Part shown: piece after piece, positions 27,105 to 40,323 of the stretch
Position numbering within the stretch: position 1 is the first letter of the stretch
Layout of the letters: every line of letters starts with the position of its first letter
NCBI GenBank assembly: GCA_041485905.1
Contig: JBGPKK010000005.1
Span: 1-60,725 of the forward strand
From: Vicinamibacteria bacterium
GTDB taxonomy: Bacteria; Acidobacteriota; Vicinamibacteria; Vicinamibacterales; CAVVIG01
Reading direction: 5' to 3'
DNA: 60,725 nt
Translations under genes and position numbers: made by a program
Notes under the pieces: model-generated
Database searches by the model: none
Seen by the model: only the letters and a program-made list of their open reading frames with translations
Told to the model about the DNA's origin: nothing

Positions 27105-29570
27105 ATGGCAAAGGCACTGGTCGTGGTCGAATCGCCGGCGAAGGCGAGGACCATCAATAAATACCTCGGGAGCGGCTACACCGTCATCGCGTCGATGGGG
27201 CACATCCGCGATCTGCCCAAGAGCAAGCTGGGTGTCGACGTCGACAACGATTTCGCCGAGCACTACGAAGCGCTCGCATCCAGAAAGAACGTGATCAAGG
27301 AGCTGAAGGACGCGGCCAGGGGCGCCACCGACATCTACGTCGCGACCGACCCCGACCGCGAAGGCGAGGCGATCGGCTGGCACTTGTCGCAGGAGCTGGC
27401 CGGCAAGGGCCGCAAGATCCATCGCCTGATGTTCAACGAGATCACGAAGAAGGCGATCCAGGAGGCGATCAAGCACCCGGGCGTCATCGACGACAAGATG
27501 GTGGCCGCGCAGCGGGCGCGCCGCGTCCTCGATCGCCTGGTGGGCTACAAAATCAGCCCGCTGCTCTGGGACAAGGTCCGTCGCGGTCTCAGTGCCGGAC
27601 GCGTGCAGTCGGTCGCGCTCAAGCTGGTGGCCGATCGCGAGCGCGAGATCATCAAGTTCGTGCCCGAGGAATACTGGAATCTCTTCGCGCGGCTGGCCGG
27701 CCCGCAGCCGCCGGAGTTCGACGCGAAGCTGTTCAAAAAAGCCGGCGACACGATTCGGCTCGCCAACGAGGAGCAGTCCAAGGCCGTCTTGTCGGATCTC
27801 GAGCGCGCGACGTGGGACGTGTCGTCGGTCATCACCAAAGAGCGCAAGCGGCATTCGCCTCCGCCGTTCATCACGAGCAAGCTGCAGCAGACGGCGCGGT
27901 TCCCGGTCAAGAAGACCATGATGCTCGCGCAGCAGTTGTACGAGGGAGCGATCGAGATTCCCGGGCTCGCCGGCGGCCTCATCACCTACATGCGCACCGA
28001 TTCGGTGCGGGTCGCCGACGAAGCGCTCGTCGCCGTCCGCACGCACATCACGAAGACGTTCGGCGACGCCTACCTCCCCGAGAAGGCGGTCTACTACAAG
28101 TCGAAAGCCGATGCGCAGGACGCGCACGAGGCAATCCGCCCGACGTCGCTCGACCACGATCCGGAGAGCGTGAAGCAGTATCTCACCGCGGACCAGTTCT
28201 CGCTCTACCGGTTGATCTGGAACCGCTTCGTCGCGTCGCAGATGAATCCCGCAACGTTCGACGAGACGATAGTGGACATCACGGCGGGCGACTATCTGTT
28301 CCGGGTGAAAGGCACCGTGCCGAAGTTCGCCGGCTGGATGGCGACGTACGGGTTGACACCCGGTGAGCCGGAAGAGAAGGAGCAGACGACCGGCGTTGAA
28401 CCCCGGGCCCGGGAGTCTACGCCCGACCTCGACGGCGAAGACGAAGCCGGGGTGACGGGTGTGCTGCCGCCCCTGGCCGAAGGCGACCGTCTCACGCTCG
28501 CGGCGCTCCGCCCCGAACAGAAATTCACCCAACCGCCCCCCCGGTTCTCCGAGGCGACGCTCGTCAAAGAGCTCGAAGAGAACGGCATCGGCCGCCCGAG
28601 CACCTACGCGTCGATCATTGCCGTGCTGCAGGATCGCGAGTACGTCAACAAGATCGAAGGACGCTTCAAGCCGAGCGCCCTCGGCCTGATCATCGTCGAT
28701 CTGCTGATCAAGAGCTTCGACGACATCCTCGACGTTGAATACACGCGCAACCTCGAGGACGATCTCGACAAAATCGAGAGCGGCAAGACCGACTACGTCC
28801 GGACGCTGGCGGAGTTCTACAAGAAATTCAAGAAGGATCTGGCGCGCGCCGGCAAGGAGATGCAGAACCTCAAGGAGGGCATCAAGACCGACGAGCTCTG
28901 CGATCGGTGCGGATCGCCGATGGTGATCAAGGTCGGCAAGTTCGGCCCGTTCATCGCGTGCAGCGCGTATCCGGAGTGCACCAACACCCGGGAGCTCGAG
29001 AAGAGCGAGCCGGAGTCCGAGGGCGGTGAAGAGGAAATCGAGCCGTGCGAGAACTGCGGAAAGCCGATGGTCCTCAAGCGCGGACGCTTCGGCCAGTTCC
29101 TCGCGTGCACCGGCTATCCCGAGTGCAAGACGACGCGAAAGATCATCGAGACCAAGGGCGGGCTGAAGGCGGCCAAGCCGGATCAGATCCTGGACGAGAA
29201 GTGCCCGCGCTGCGGGGCGAACCTGGTCGTCAAGCAGGGGCGCTTCGGCGAATTCACCGCGTGCACGAAGTATCCCGAGTGCCGGTACATCAAGCACAAG
29301 ACGACCGGCGTCAAGTGTCCGAAGGACGCGGACAAGGGCGGCGAGGTCGTCGAGCGCAAATCGAAGCGCGGGAAGATCTTCTTCGGCTGCTCGAACTATC
29401 CGGACTGCGACTTCGTGCTGTGGAACCGTCCCATCGAAGAAAAGTGTCCGACGTGCGGCGCGAGCTTCCTCGTCGAGAAGACCACCAAGAAACACGGCCG
29501 TCAGATCCTCTGCAACAACGAGGAATGCGACTACGCACGCAGCGAGGAGCTGGTCGAAACATCGGCCTGA
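27105..29570 (+). CDS. topA: DNA topoisomerase I
   Basis: Toprim MAKALVVVESPAKARTINKYLG, DPDREGEAIGWH, ITYMRTDS, C-terminal CxxC zinc ribbons. Confidence 0.97.
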   Translation: MAKALVVVESPAKARTINKYLGSGYTVIASMGHIRDLPKSKLGVDVDNDFAEHYEALASRKNVIKELKDAARGATDIYVATDPDREGEAIGWHLSQELAGKGRKIHRLMFNEITKKAIQEAIKHPGVIDDKMVAAQRARRVLDRLVGYKISPLLWDKVRRGLSAGRVQSVALKLVADREREIIKFVPEEYWNLFARLAGPQPPEFDAKLFKKAGDTIRLANEEQSKAVLSDLERATWDVSSVITKERKRHSPPPFITSKLQQTARFPVKKTMMLAQQLYEGAIEIPGLAGGLITYMRTDSVRVADEALVAVRTHITKTFGDAYLPEKAVYYKSKADAQDAHEAIRPTSLDHDPESVKQYLTADQFSLYRLIWNRFVASQMNPATFDETIVDITAGDYLFRVKGTVPKFAGWMATYGLTPGEPEEKEQTTGVEPRARESTPDLDGEDEAGVTGVLPPLAEGDRLTLAALRPEQKFTQPPPRFSEATLVKELEENGIGRPSTYASIIAVLQDREYVNKIEGRFKPSALGLIIVDLLIKSFDDILDVEYTRNLEDDLDKIESGKTDYVRTLAEFYKKFKKDLARAGKEMQNLKEGIKTDELCDRCGSPMVIKVGKFGPFIACSAYPECTNTRELEKSEPESEGGEEEIEPCENCGKPMVLKRGRFGQFLACTGYPECKTTRKIIETKGGLKAAKPDQILDEKCPRCGANLVVKQGRFGEFTACTKYPECRYIKHKTTGVKCPKDADKGGEVVERKSKRGKIFFGCSNYPDCDFVLWNRPIEEKCPTCGASFLVEKTTKKHGRQILCNNEECDYARSEELVETSA

Positions 29571-29571
29571 G

Positions 29572-31008
29572 ATGATCACGATCGTCGGTGGTGGCCTTGC
29601 CGGATCCGAGGCCGCGTGGCAGGCGGCTTCGCGCGGCGTCGCCGTGAGATTGTTCGAGATGCGGCCGGCGCGACCGACCGCGGTGCACAAGACGGACCGC
29701 CTCGCCGAGCTGGTCTGCAGCAACTCCTTCCGCGGCGACAAGCTCGATAACGCCGTCGGCCTCCTCAAAGAGGAAATGCGACGGCTTGGCTCGCTGGTGA
29801 TGCGCGCGGCCGAGGCGAGCCGGGTGCCGGCCGGCGCGGCCCTGGCGGTGGACCGTGAACGGTTCGCCGAGATTGTCACCGGCGAGCTGGCCGCCCATCC
29901 GCTCATCACGATCGTGCGCGAAGAAGCGACGGCGATTCCGGATTCGAGCGAGCGCGAACCGGTGATCATCGCGACGGGTCCTCTCACGTCCGATGCGTTA
30001 TCCGCCGGGCTGGTGTCGCTGGTCGGGCAGGATCATCTCTATTTCTACGACGCGATCAGCCCCATCGTGCTCGCCGAGTCGATCGATAGGAGCAAGGTGT
30101 TTCGCGCGTCACGATGGGATCGAAACGTCCGCGGGGTCCGGCTAGAGCCGGGCACTACCGCTGAGCAAACGAGCGCCGGTTGTGTCCGGCTTCAGCCGGA
30201 CCTCGGATGTGGCGTCGACGATGGAGCCGGCGACTATCTGAATTGTCCGTTCACCTCGGAAGAGTACCAGCGCTTCTACGATGCGCTCGTTCACGCGGAA
30301 TCGGCGACCGTGCACGACTTCGACAAGGAGCGGTTCTTCGAAGGGTGTCTGCCCATCGAAGTGATGGCCCACCGCGGACGCGACACGCTGCGCTTCGGGC
30401 CGATGAAACCGGTCGGCCTGGTCGATCCGCGGACGGGCCGTCCTCCGTACGCCGCCGTGCAGCTGCGTCAGGACAATCTCGCCGGCGATCATTACAGCCT
30501 CGTGGGATTTCAGACGCAGCTGAAGTGGAGCGAGCAGGCCCGGGTGCTGCGTTTGGTTCCCGGCCTCGAGCAGGCGGAGTTCATCCGCTTCGGGATGGTG
30601 CACCGCAACACCTACGTCAACGGTCCCGACGTCCTGAGCGAGACGTGGCAGGTACGCCGGCGGCCGACGTTGTTCTTCGCGGGACAGATGTCAGGCGTGG
30701 AAGGCTACGTCGAGTCGGCGGCGTCGGGTCTGCTGGCCGGGTTGAACGCGGCGGCGCTGGTCAACGGCGAGCCCGTGTCCGCCCCGCCGCGCACGACAGC
30801 CATGGGCGCGCTGTCGTATTACGTCTCGCACGCCGATCCGCGGCATTACGAGCCGTCCAACATCACATTTGGAATCATGCCGCCGCTCGAGCCTGCGCCG
30901 CGCGGGAAGGTGGAACGCAAGCTCGCGATCTCCAAGCGCGCGCTGGCGGATCTGGCGCGGTGGATGGCCGATGTCGGACTGGGTCTTCAGCCCGCGGCGA
31001 ATCGATGA
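29572..31008 (+). CDS. trmFO: methylenetetrahydrofolate-tRNA-(uracil-5)-methyltransferase
   Basis: IVGGGLAGSEAAW FAD motif, LVCSNSFR, DYLNCPF, FFAGQMSGVEGYVES. Confidence 0.95.
   Translation: MITIVGGGLAGSEAAWQAASRGVAVRLFEMRPARPTAVHKTDRLAELVCSNSFRGDKLDNAVGLLKEEMRRLGSLVMRAAEASRVPAGAALAVDRERFAEIVTGELAAHPLITIVREEATAIPDSSEREPVIIATGPLTSDALSAGLVSLVGQDHLYFYDAISPIVLAESIDRSKVFRASRWDRNVRGVRLEPGTTAEQTSAGCVRLQPDLGCGVDDGAGDYLNCPFTSEEYQRFYDALVHAESATVHDFDKERFFEGCLPIEVMAHRGRDTLRFGPMKPVGLVDPRTGRPPYAAVQLRQDNLAGDHYSLVGFQTQLKWSEQARVLRLVPGLEQAEFIRFGMVHRNTYVNGPDVLSETWQVRRRPTLFFAGQMSGVEGYVESAASGLLAGLNAAALVNGEPVSAPPRTTAMGALSYYVSHADPRHYEPSNITFGIMPPLEPAPRGKVERKLAISKRALADLARWMADVGLGLQPAANR
30136..30201. repeat. two in-frame hairpin units inside trmFO
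   Basis: GTCCGGC TAGA GCCGGGC (30136-30153) and GTCCGGC TTCA GCCGGAC (30184-30201), within an extra roughly 33-aa segment between RWDR and GDYLNCP. Confidence 0.75.
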
Positions 31009-31943
31009 CCGAACATCTGAAAGCGTTTCTCCAGTACTTGCGGTTCAATCGCAACGTGTCGGTACACACGGTCCGCGCGTACGAGAGCGATCTGTCGCAG
31101 TTTCTCGATCACACCGCCGCCGATCGAGGCATGAACCGCACCGCGCTGCGGGGGTCCCATCTCGATCGCGCGGCCATCCGCGGCTTCCTCGCCCACGTGC
31201 ACGAGCTGGGACGCTCGCGCGCCACGGCGGCCCGCAAGCTGGCCGCGACGCGCACGTTCCTGCGGTATCTGCGCCGCGAAGGGGTCCTCGATTCCGATCC
31301 CGGCGGTCTGATCGGCACGCCCAAACGCGAGGTGCGGATGCCGGCGCATCTCTCGGAGGCCGAGATGGTCGCCCTTATCGCGGCGGCGGCCGGCGACCGG
31401 CCGCTCGGCCGACGCGACCGCGCGATTCTCGAGCTCTTCTACGCGTCGGGACTGCGGCTCAGCGAGCTGGTCGGGCTGGATCTCGACGATGTGAATCTGA
31501 GCGCGAGGATGGTGCGGGTGACCGGGAAGGGCGGCAAGCCGCGGCTCGTTCCGTTCAATACGAGCACGGCGACGGCGATTCGCGCGTACCTAAAGGATCG
31601 CGAGCTCCTTGTCGCGGCTGTCGTACGCAGCGTACGAAGGAGAGAGGCGCGAGAGCCGTTGTTCGTGAACTATCGCGGCACGCGATTGACCGTGCGCAGC
31701 GTGGACCGGCTGGTGCGCCGTTACGTGGCGGCCACCAGCACGCGCATGGGGATCAGCCCGCACGCGCTGCGGCATTCGTTCGCGACGCACCTGCTGCAGC
31801 GCGGCGCCGACCTGCGCTCGATTCAGGAACTGCTGGGCCACGCAAGCCTCAGCACGACGCAGCGGTATACGCACGTCAACGCCGCGCAATTGCTGGAGGT
31901 CTACAACAGGACGCATCCGAGAGCGCGCGGCGGGGAGCGGTGA
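31005..31943 (+). CDS. xerC: tyrosine recombinase XerC/XerD family
   Basis: HALRHSFATHLL and LLGHASLSTTQRYTHV. ATG 31005 overlaps the trmFO stop (ATGA). Confidence 0.92.
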   Translation: MTEHLKAFLQYLRFNRNVSVHTVRAYESDLSQFLDHTAADRGMNRTALRGSHLDRAAIRGFLAHVHELGRSRATAARKLAATRTFLRYLRREGVLDSDPGGLIGTPKREVRMPAHLSEAEMVALIAAAAGDRPLGRRDRAILELFYASGLRLSELVGLDLDDVNLSARMVRVTGKGGKPRLVPFNTSTATAIRAYLKDRELLVAAVVRSVRRREAREPLFVNYRGTRLTVRSVDRLVRRYVAATSTRMGISPHALRHSFATHLLQRGADLRSIQELLGHASLSTTQRYTHVNAAQLLEVYNRTHPRARGGER

Positions 31944-31975
31944 AATTTACAATTCCCAATTGTGAATTGTAAATT
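31944..31975. terminator. AT-rich bidirectional hairpin
   Basis: AATTTACAATTC (31944-31955) pairs perfectly with GAATTGTAAATT (31964-31975), 8-nt loop. Lies between the xerC stop and the stop of the convergent regulator. Confidence 0.6.
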
Positions 31976-31977
31976 CT

Positions 31978-33384
<1,407 letters not shown>

Positions 33385-33400
33385 ATCTCTTGTCCTCTCG

Positions 33401-34567
33401 CTACTTGAACCATCCGGCGGCGCTCGTAATCGGCATCGTGATCCGGAACCGCGTCCCGGTCTCGGGCGTGCTGCTCACGTCGATGCGTCCGTCGTGCGCG
33501 TCGACGATCTTGCTCACGATCGCCAGGCCCAGCCCCGATCCCTGCGGCTTGGTGGTGAAGAACGGATTGAAGATGCGATCGGTCAGCTCCGGCGGGACGC
33601 CCGGCCCGTTGTCGGCGACCTCCACCACGACGGTCGGCGTCGGCGGCTGCGCGAATGCCGGGTCGTCGATCGCCGCGATCGACGCCGTAATCGCAATCTT
33701 CCCGCGGCCGTCGAGCGCCTCGAACGCGTTCGTCAGCAGGTTGGTGAACACCTGACAGAGCCGGTGACGATCGCCGTCGATCGCGGGGAGATCGGGCGCC
33801 AGGTTCAGCGTCACGCAAATATCGCCTCGCGGCGCCTTCGTCTCGGCCAGCGTAATCGACTGGTGCAGCACGTCGCTCAGTTCCGTGCGCTCGACCTCGA
33901 GCCGGATGGGCCGCACGAACTCCAGCATCTCGACGACGATCGCGTTGGCCAGCTTCGCCTCGCTGATGATGTCGGCCAGCAGCGATTGCGCGTCTTTGGA
34001 ATCCGGCACCTGGCGCCGCAGCAACCCGGCCATCACCTCGATGCCGGCGAGCGGATTCTTCAGCTCGTGCGCGATACCGGCCGCCATTTCTCCGAGCGAC
34101 GCCAGGCGATCGCGCAGCCGTTCGCGCTCCTCGAGCTGTTCGACCTGCGTGAGGTCCTTGAAGAACATCGCGGCGCCGATGGCGTCGCCATGATCGTCGC
34201 GAACCTGACAGAGCGTGTAGCCAATCACTCGATCGATGTCCTTCAACCGCAGTTCGGCGCGGTTCGGCAAATGGCTCAACTCGAAGGCCCCCGCCAGGGC
34301 CCGGACCGCGTCGGGGCGATCGCGCAACACCTCGGTGAACGGCCGCCCGATGTCGTCGGCGTGCCGCGTGAGCGCGAAGATCCGGTACGCCTCGTCGTTC
34401 ATCAGCGCGACCGAGCCGTCGCGCCGGATGCCAATCACCGCGTTGCGCAGGCTGTCCACGATGTGCCGGAAAAACCGATCGTCGGGCACACCCGGGCGTG
34501 GCGCCACCTGACGCCGTACGGTCGACCGGCCGGCGCGCCGGGCGCGTGAATCGGATGGCTTGGGCAT
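33401..34567 (-). CDS. PAS sensor histidine kinase (NtrB-like, cytoplasmic)
   Basis: H-box AHELKNPL, N-box NLLTNAFEA, DNGPGV, GSGLGLAI. No TM segment seen. Confidence 0.9.
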   Translation of the reverse strand: MPKPSDSRARRAGRSTVRRQVAPRPGVPDDRFFRHIVDSLRNAVIGIRRDGSVALMNDEAYRIFALTRHADDIGRPFTEVLRDRPDAVRALAGAFELSHLPNRAELRLKDIDRVIGYTLCQVRDDHGDAIGAAMFFKDLTQVEQLEERERLRDRLASLGEMAAGIAHELKNPLAGIEVMAGLLRRQVPDSKDAQSLLADIISEAKLANAIVVEMLEFVRPIRLEVERTELSDVLHQSITLAETKAPRGDICVTLNLAPDLPAIDGDRHRLCQVFTNLLTNAFEALDGRGKIAITASIAAIDDPAFAQPPTPTVVVEVADNGPGVPPELTDRIFNPFFTTKPQGSGLGLAIVSKIVDAHDGRIDVSSTPETGTRFRITMPITSAAGWFK

Positions 34568-34696
34568 GACCGGCTTGTCGACCGCGGCTCAGCTCGCCAC
34601 GTCGGAGGGGCAAACCGTATGCCGCGATGGAGGAGTGACCTGACGCGAAAAGATACGCGTATTCAGAGGTTTACGAGCGCGGTCCACTATTCAGTA

Positions 34697-34724
34697 TAAC
34701 AAAAGTGTAATCGAATAACACTTC
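34697..34724 (-). terminator. weak terminator after the ABC-F gene
   Basis: Minus-strand AAGTGT/ACACTT 6-bp stem (34703-34708 and 34718-34723) followed by TTTGTT. Confidence 0.35.
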
Positions 34725-34734
34725 TGGCGCGCTG

Positions 34735-36773
<2,039 letters not shown>

Positions 36774-36777
<4 letters not shown>

Positions 36778-37370
36778 TCACCAAGGGCTTTGGCGGCGGC
36801 GGCGAGCACCTGCGGGACGCGGAACGGCTTGGTCAGGTAGCCGGCGACGCCGAGATTCACCGCTTCGATGGCGCTCGATTCGGTGGAGTAGCCGGTGATG
36901 ATCAGGACCGGCAAGTCGGCTTTGTACCGCCTGGCCTCGCGGATCACGGCCAGGCCGTCCATGCCCGGCATCCTGAGGTCGGCGATGAGCAGATCGTAGG
37001 GATTCAGCCGCATGCGCTCGAGCGCCGAGCGTCCGTCGGCGGCGACGTCCACGTCGTATTCGGCCAGCGCGAGCGTCTTGGCCAGCAGATCGCGGATGCT
37101 CGCCTCATCGTCGACGACAAGGACGCGCGGCCGCCCGGTGCCCGCGGCTGGTGTTCGCGCCGCGGCCGGCGCGGCCGCCGTCGCCGCGCGCGCGCCGCCC
37201 CGCGCCCGCTGACTGTCGAGCCAGGCATCGATGTCGCGCTTCCTGAAGCGCCACTGACGGCCGACGCGCACCGCCGGAATCTTGCCCGCGTTGATCAGCC
37301 GGTACACCGTGCGCAGGTTCACCTGCAGATATTCCAGAACTTCTTCCGTCGTGAGGAACGTTTCGTCCAT
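36774..37370 (-). CDS. response regulator with N-terminal excisionase/MerR-type HTH and C-terminal receiver
   Basis: LTTEEVLEYLQVNLRTVYRLINAGKIPAVRVGRQWRF, then an Ala/Arg linker, then REC (VLVVDDE, DLRMPGMDG, GYLTKPF). Confidence 0.85.
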
Positions 37371-37380
37371 GATGTTAACT

Positions 37381-39552
37381 TCAACCCACGCTGGCCGCCG
37401 ACGCCGCCTGGACCTGCTCGGTCACGCCCCGCCCGGTCGGCAGTTCGACGGTAAAGACCGCCCCGCCCTCTGGATGATTGGTTGCGACGATCTCTCCGCC
37501 GTGATCCTGCACGATGCCGTAGCTGATCGCCAGACCCAGACCCGTGCCCTTGCCGACTTCCTTCGTTGTGTAGAACGGTTCGAAGATCCGCGGCAGCACG
37601 TCCGGGGGAATGCCGACTCCCGTGTCCCGTACCGAGACGACGATCCGATCCCCGGGCGAAGCCGTCACGTTGATCTCAATGCGTCCGCCGCGTCCGGCCG
37701 CCACGATCGCGTGCTCCGCATTCACCATGATGTTGAGAAACACCTGATAAAGAAGCAGCGGATCGCTCATCACGCGCGGCAGCTTCTCATCATAGTGTCG
37801 CACGACTTCGATGTCGGTGGCGCGGCAGGCCGCCGCTCTCATCGCCACGATCCGCTGCAGGAGGGCGGTGATGCTGATGGCGCGCCGGACCCGGCGGCGG
37901 GACCCTGAGAAAGCGAGCAGGTTCCGGACGATTTTCGCGGCGCGGTCCGCTTCGCGGTACACCGTCTGGACGTCGCGCCGCAGGTGCTTGGGGAAGGCGC
38001 CCGTCACCCGCAGCAGCTCCAGATGGCCGAGCACCGCCTGGAGCGGATTGTTGAGCTCGTGCGCGATACCGGCCACGAATTCGCCGAGCGCGGCCAGCTT
38101 TTCAGACTGCACCAGCCGCCGCTCGAGCACCTGGCGTTCGGCCTGCAGCTTGGCCTGCGGCGTCACGTCGCGCGCCACCAGCACGCTGCCCATGGGCTTG
38201 CGCTCCTGGTTGCGCAGCGCCGTGACGGTGACGGAGAAGGGGCCCTTCAGCACCGGATCGACCACCTCGATTGTCCCCGCCGGTTCGCCCTCCGGCTGCA
38301 GATCGGCGGAGACTTGCTCGGCGAGCCACGATCGCAGCTCCGGACCGATGAATTCCTCCAGGGGACGGTTCACCAGCTGCTGCCGTGTGAGCCCGAAGCG
38401 GCTCGCAAACGCGTGATTGACGTGGACGATGCGGCCCTGGGGATCCCAGACGGCGACCAGGTGCGCGATCGAATCGAAGGTGTTTTCCAGCTCGCGCCGC
38501 GAGGTCAGGACCTCGTCGATCAGCTGCATGTTCTCGATTGCGCTCGACAGCTGACGGCCGAGCTCGTCGGCCCGATCAAGGAGCGCGAATTCGCCGCCCG
38601 TTTCAACGCGGACGCCTTCGAAGATCAGCGTGCCCAGCGCCCGGCGCCAGCCGCGCAGCGGCACTGTCACGGTCGCGCTCGCGTCGCTCTCCGGGTGAAT
38701 CTCGGCGCGCGCGCGGCGCATCTTGGACGCGGCGGGCGACAGCGGGTCGTCTGCGTGCACGCGTGCGTTGCTGCCGGCATCCTTGACGTCGGAGGACGCT
38801 CGCAAGACAAGATGACGCGCCCGCCGGTCGTGCACCCACACGGCCGTGCGATCGGCGCCGAGCAGCCGGTTCGCGCCGTCACAGAAGGTTTCGAGCCCCG
38901 CCGACAGGTTCAACGTCTCCCCGAGAATTCCCGCGAATTTGTCGACCATGTCGCGCAGGTTGCGCTGCAGCGCATCGTTCTGGCGCAGGCGGAAGAGCTC
39001 GAGCGCCGTGACGAAGCCGTCGGCGATCTCGGAGAGGTCGGCGCCGGCGTCCGACAGTGGGCGGTCGAGGCCGACCGCCAGCAGCCCGAGCGGCTCGGGA
39101 CCAGGCTTGAGCGGCACGAGGAGCGCAGAGCGGACGCCAAGGCGGGCGGACAACTCGGGTATCTGCCGCCGAGCGTCGGACACCATGGTGGGCGTCGACT
39201 GAGATAGCGCGGCCGAAATCAGGGCGGCCTCTGGGGACGCGGCGGCCCACGGTTCGGTCGGCAGCGTCTCGATGGCGTACCCGGAGGTGGCCTGCATCGC
39301 GCCCGTGCGGGTGTTGTGCTCGAAGAGCAGCGCGCAGGTGCCGCCGGTGACCGACAGCGCGTGCCGGTGAAGATGCGGGAGGACTTCGTTCAGATTCGTC
39401 GCATGGGCGAGAAGCGTCGCGAGCCCTCGAGGCCCGGTCGACACGCCGCCGCGATCGTTCGGCGTGGAGGGGCGTGGCTGACGCTTGCGCCCGCTGGTCT
39501 GAGTCTTTCGAGCCATGGATGCAGGCGCTGAAGTACGAGGGAGGCGCACCAA
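37381..39552 (-). CDS. GAF-GAF-PAS sensor histidine kinase
   Basis: H-box AHELNNPL, NIMVNAEHA, DTGVGI, GTGLGLAI. Long N-terminal GAF-like regions. Alternative start ATG 39516. Confidence 0.88.
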   Translation of the reverse strand: MVRLPRTSAPASMARKTQTSGRKRQPRPSTPNDRGGVSTGPRGLATLLAHATNLNEVLPHLHRHALSVTGGTCALLFEHNTRTGAMQATSGYAIETLPTEPWAAASPEAALISAALSQSTPTMVSDARRQIPELSARLGVRSALLVPLKPGPEPLGLLAVGLDRPLSDAGADLSEIADGFVTALELFRLRQNDALQRNLRDMVDKFAGILGETLNLSAGLETFCDGANRLLGADRTAVWVHDRRARHLVLRASSDVKDAGSNARVHADDPLSPAASKMRRARAEIHPESDASATVTVPLRGWRRALGTLIFEGVRVETGGEFALLDRADELGRQLSSAIENMQLIDEVLTSRRELENTFDSIAHLVAVWDPQGRIVHVNHAFASRFGLTRQQLVNRPLEEFIGPELRSWLAEQVSADLQPEGEPAGTIEVVDPVLKGPFSVTVTALRNQERKPMGSVLVARDVTPQAKLQAERQVLERRLVQSEKLAALGEFVAGIAHELNNPLQAVLGHLELLRVTGAFPKHLRRDVQTVYREADRAAKIVRNLLAFSGSRRRVRRAISITALLQRIVAMRAAACRATDIEVVRHYDEKLPRVMSDPLLLYQVFLNIMVNAEHAIVAAGRGGRIEINVTASPGDRIVVSVRDTGVGIPPDVLPRIFEPFYTTKEVGKGTGLGLAISYGIVQDHGGEIVATNHPEGGAVFTVELPTGRGVTEQVQAASAASVG

Positions 39553-39615
39553 GCGCCATATTGTACGTCATTGGCTCTGGCCGCCGGCCTCCACCGCTTG
39601 TAAATGGCTGGGAAA

Positions 39616-39644
39616 TGTGCACTTACAGCGTGCAACGCTATAAT
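39616..39644 (+). promoter_or_regulatory. candidate promoter for the ECF sigma operon
   Basis: Perfect TATAAT (39639-39644) with a weak -35 TGTGCA 17 nt upstream. Confidence 0.3.
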
Positions 39645-39727
39645 CCTTGTCCATGGCGAAGGCAGCCCGGCCGGCGGCGGCCCATCACCGTCTAAGTACG
39701 CGAGAGGAAGGGCTTTCCGCGCTCCGC

Positions 39728-40315
39728 ATGCCGTGGACGGACGAAGAGCTCGTCGCCCAATCGATCGGCGGCGATGCCGACAGCTTCAACGAGCTCATCC
39801 ACCGATGGGAACGTCCCATCTATGTCCTCGCCTATCGCCAAATCGGGCGCGAGGAGGATGCGCGCGACGTGTGTCAGGAGACGTTTCTCCGGGCCTATCG
39901 CGCGCTGGGCGGGTTTCGGGGACAGTCGAAGTTCTCGTCGTGGCTGTACCGGATCGCCCTCAACTTGTGCCGCGACTGGATGCGGCGCGAGCGGCGGACG
40001 CCCATCGTGCAGGCGCCGGAGGACGTGGACGTGCTGGATCTGATCGCGGCGCGCGGGCCGTCGGAATCGATGGAGGATCTGGTCGCGCGTCACGATCTGA
40101 CGCGGGCCGTCGAGCGGGCGATGGCGCTCCTGCCGGAAGAACAGCGCACGGCGATCGTCTTGAAGGAATATCACGGGCTGACGTTCCAGGAAATCGCGGA
40201 TCTGATCGGGTGTCCGTTGAGCACGGTCAAAACACGCCTCTATCAGGGACTGACGGTTTTGCGGCGTGAGCTGGCGCGCACGGGGCTGATGGAAAAGAAG
40301 AATCTGACCAAATAG
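39728..40315 (+). CDS. ECF sigma factor (RpoE-like)
   Basis: DVCQETFLRAY, FSSWLYRIALNLCRD, FQEIADLIGCPLSTVKTRLYQG. Start ATG 39728. Confidence 0.9.
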   Translation: MPWTDEELVAQSIGGDADSFNELIHRWERPIYVLAYRQIGREEDARDVCQETFLRAYRALGGFRGQSKFSSWLYRIALNLCRDWMRRERRTPIVQAPEDVDVLDLIAARGPSESMEDLVARHDLTRAVERAMALLPEEQRTAIVLKEYHGLTFQEIADLIGCPLSTVKTRLYQGLTVLRRELARTGLMEKKNLTK

Positions 40316-40323
40316 GTGATCGC

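Noticed and set aside
26538-29987. 1149-aa ORF on the minus strand
   Set aside because: It is antisense to dprA, topA and trmFO, which have unambiguous motifs. Its Arg/Ala/Pro-rich composition is typical of a shadow ORF in high-GC DNA.
30180-31004. N-terminal 275 aa of the 587-aa ORF 30180..31943
   Set aside because: This part overlaps trmFO out of frame. Recombinase homology begins at ATG 31005 (MTEHLKAFLQYLRF).
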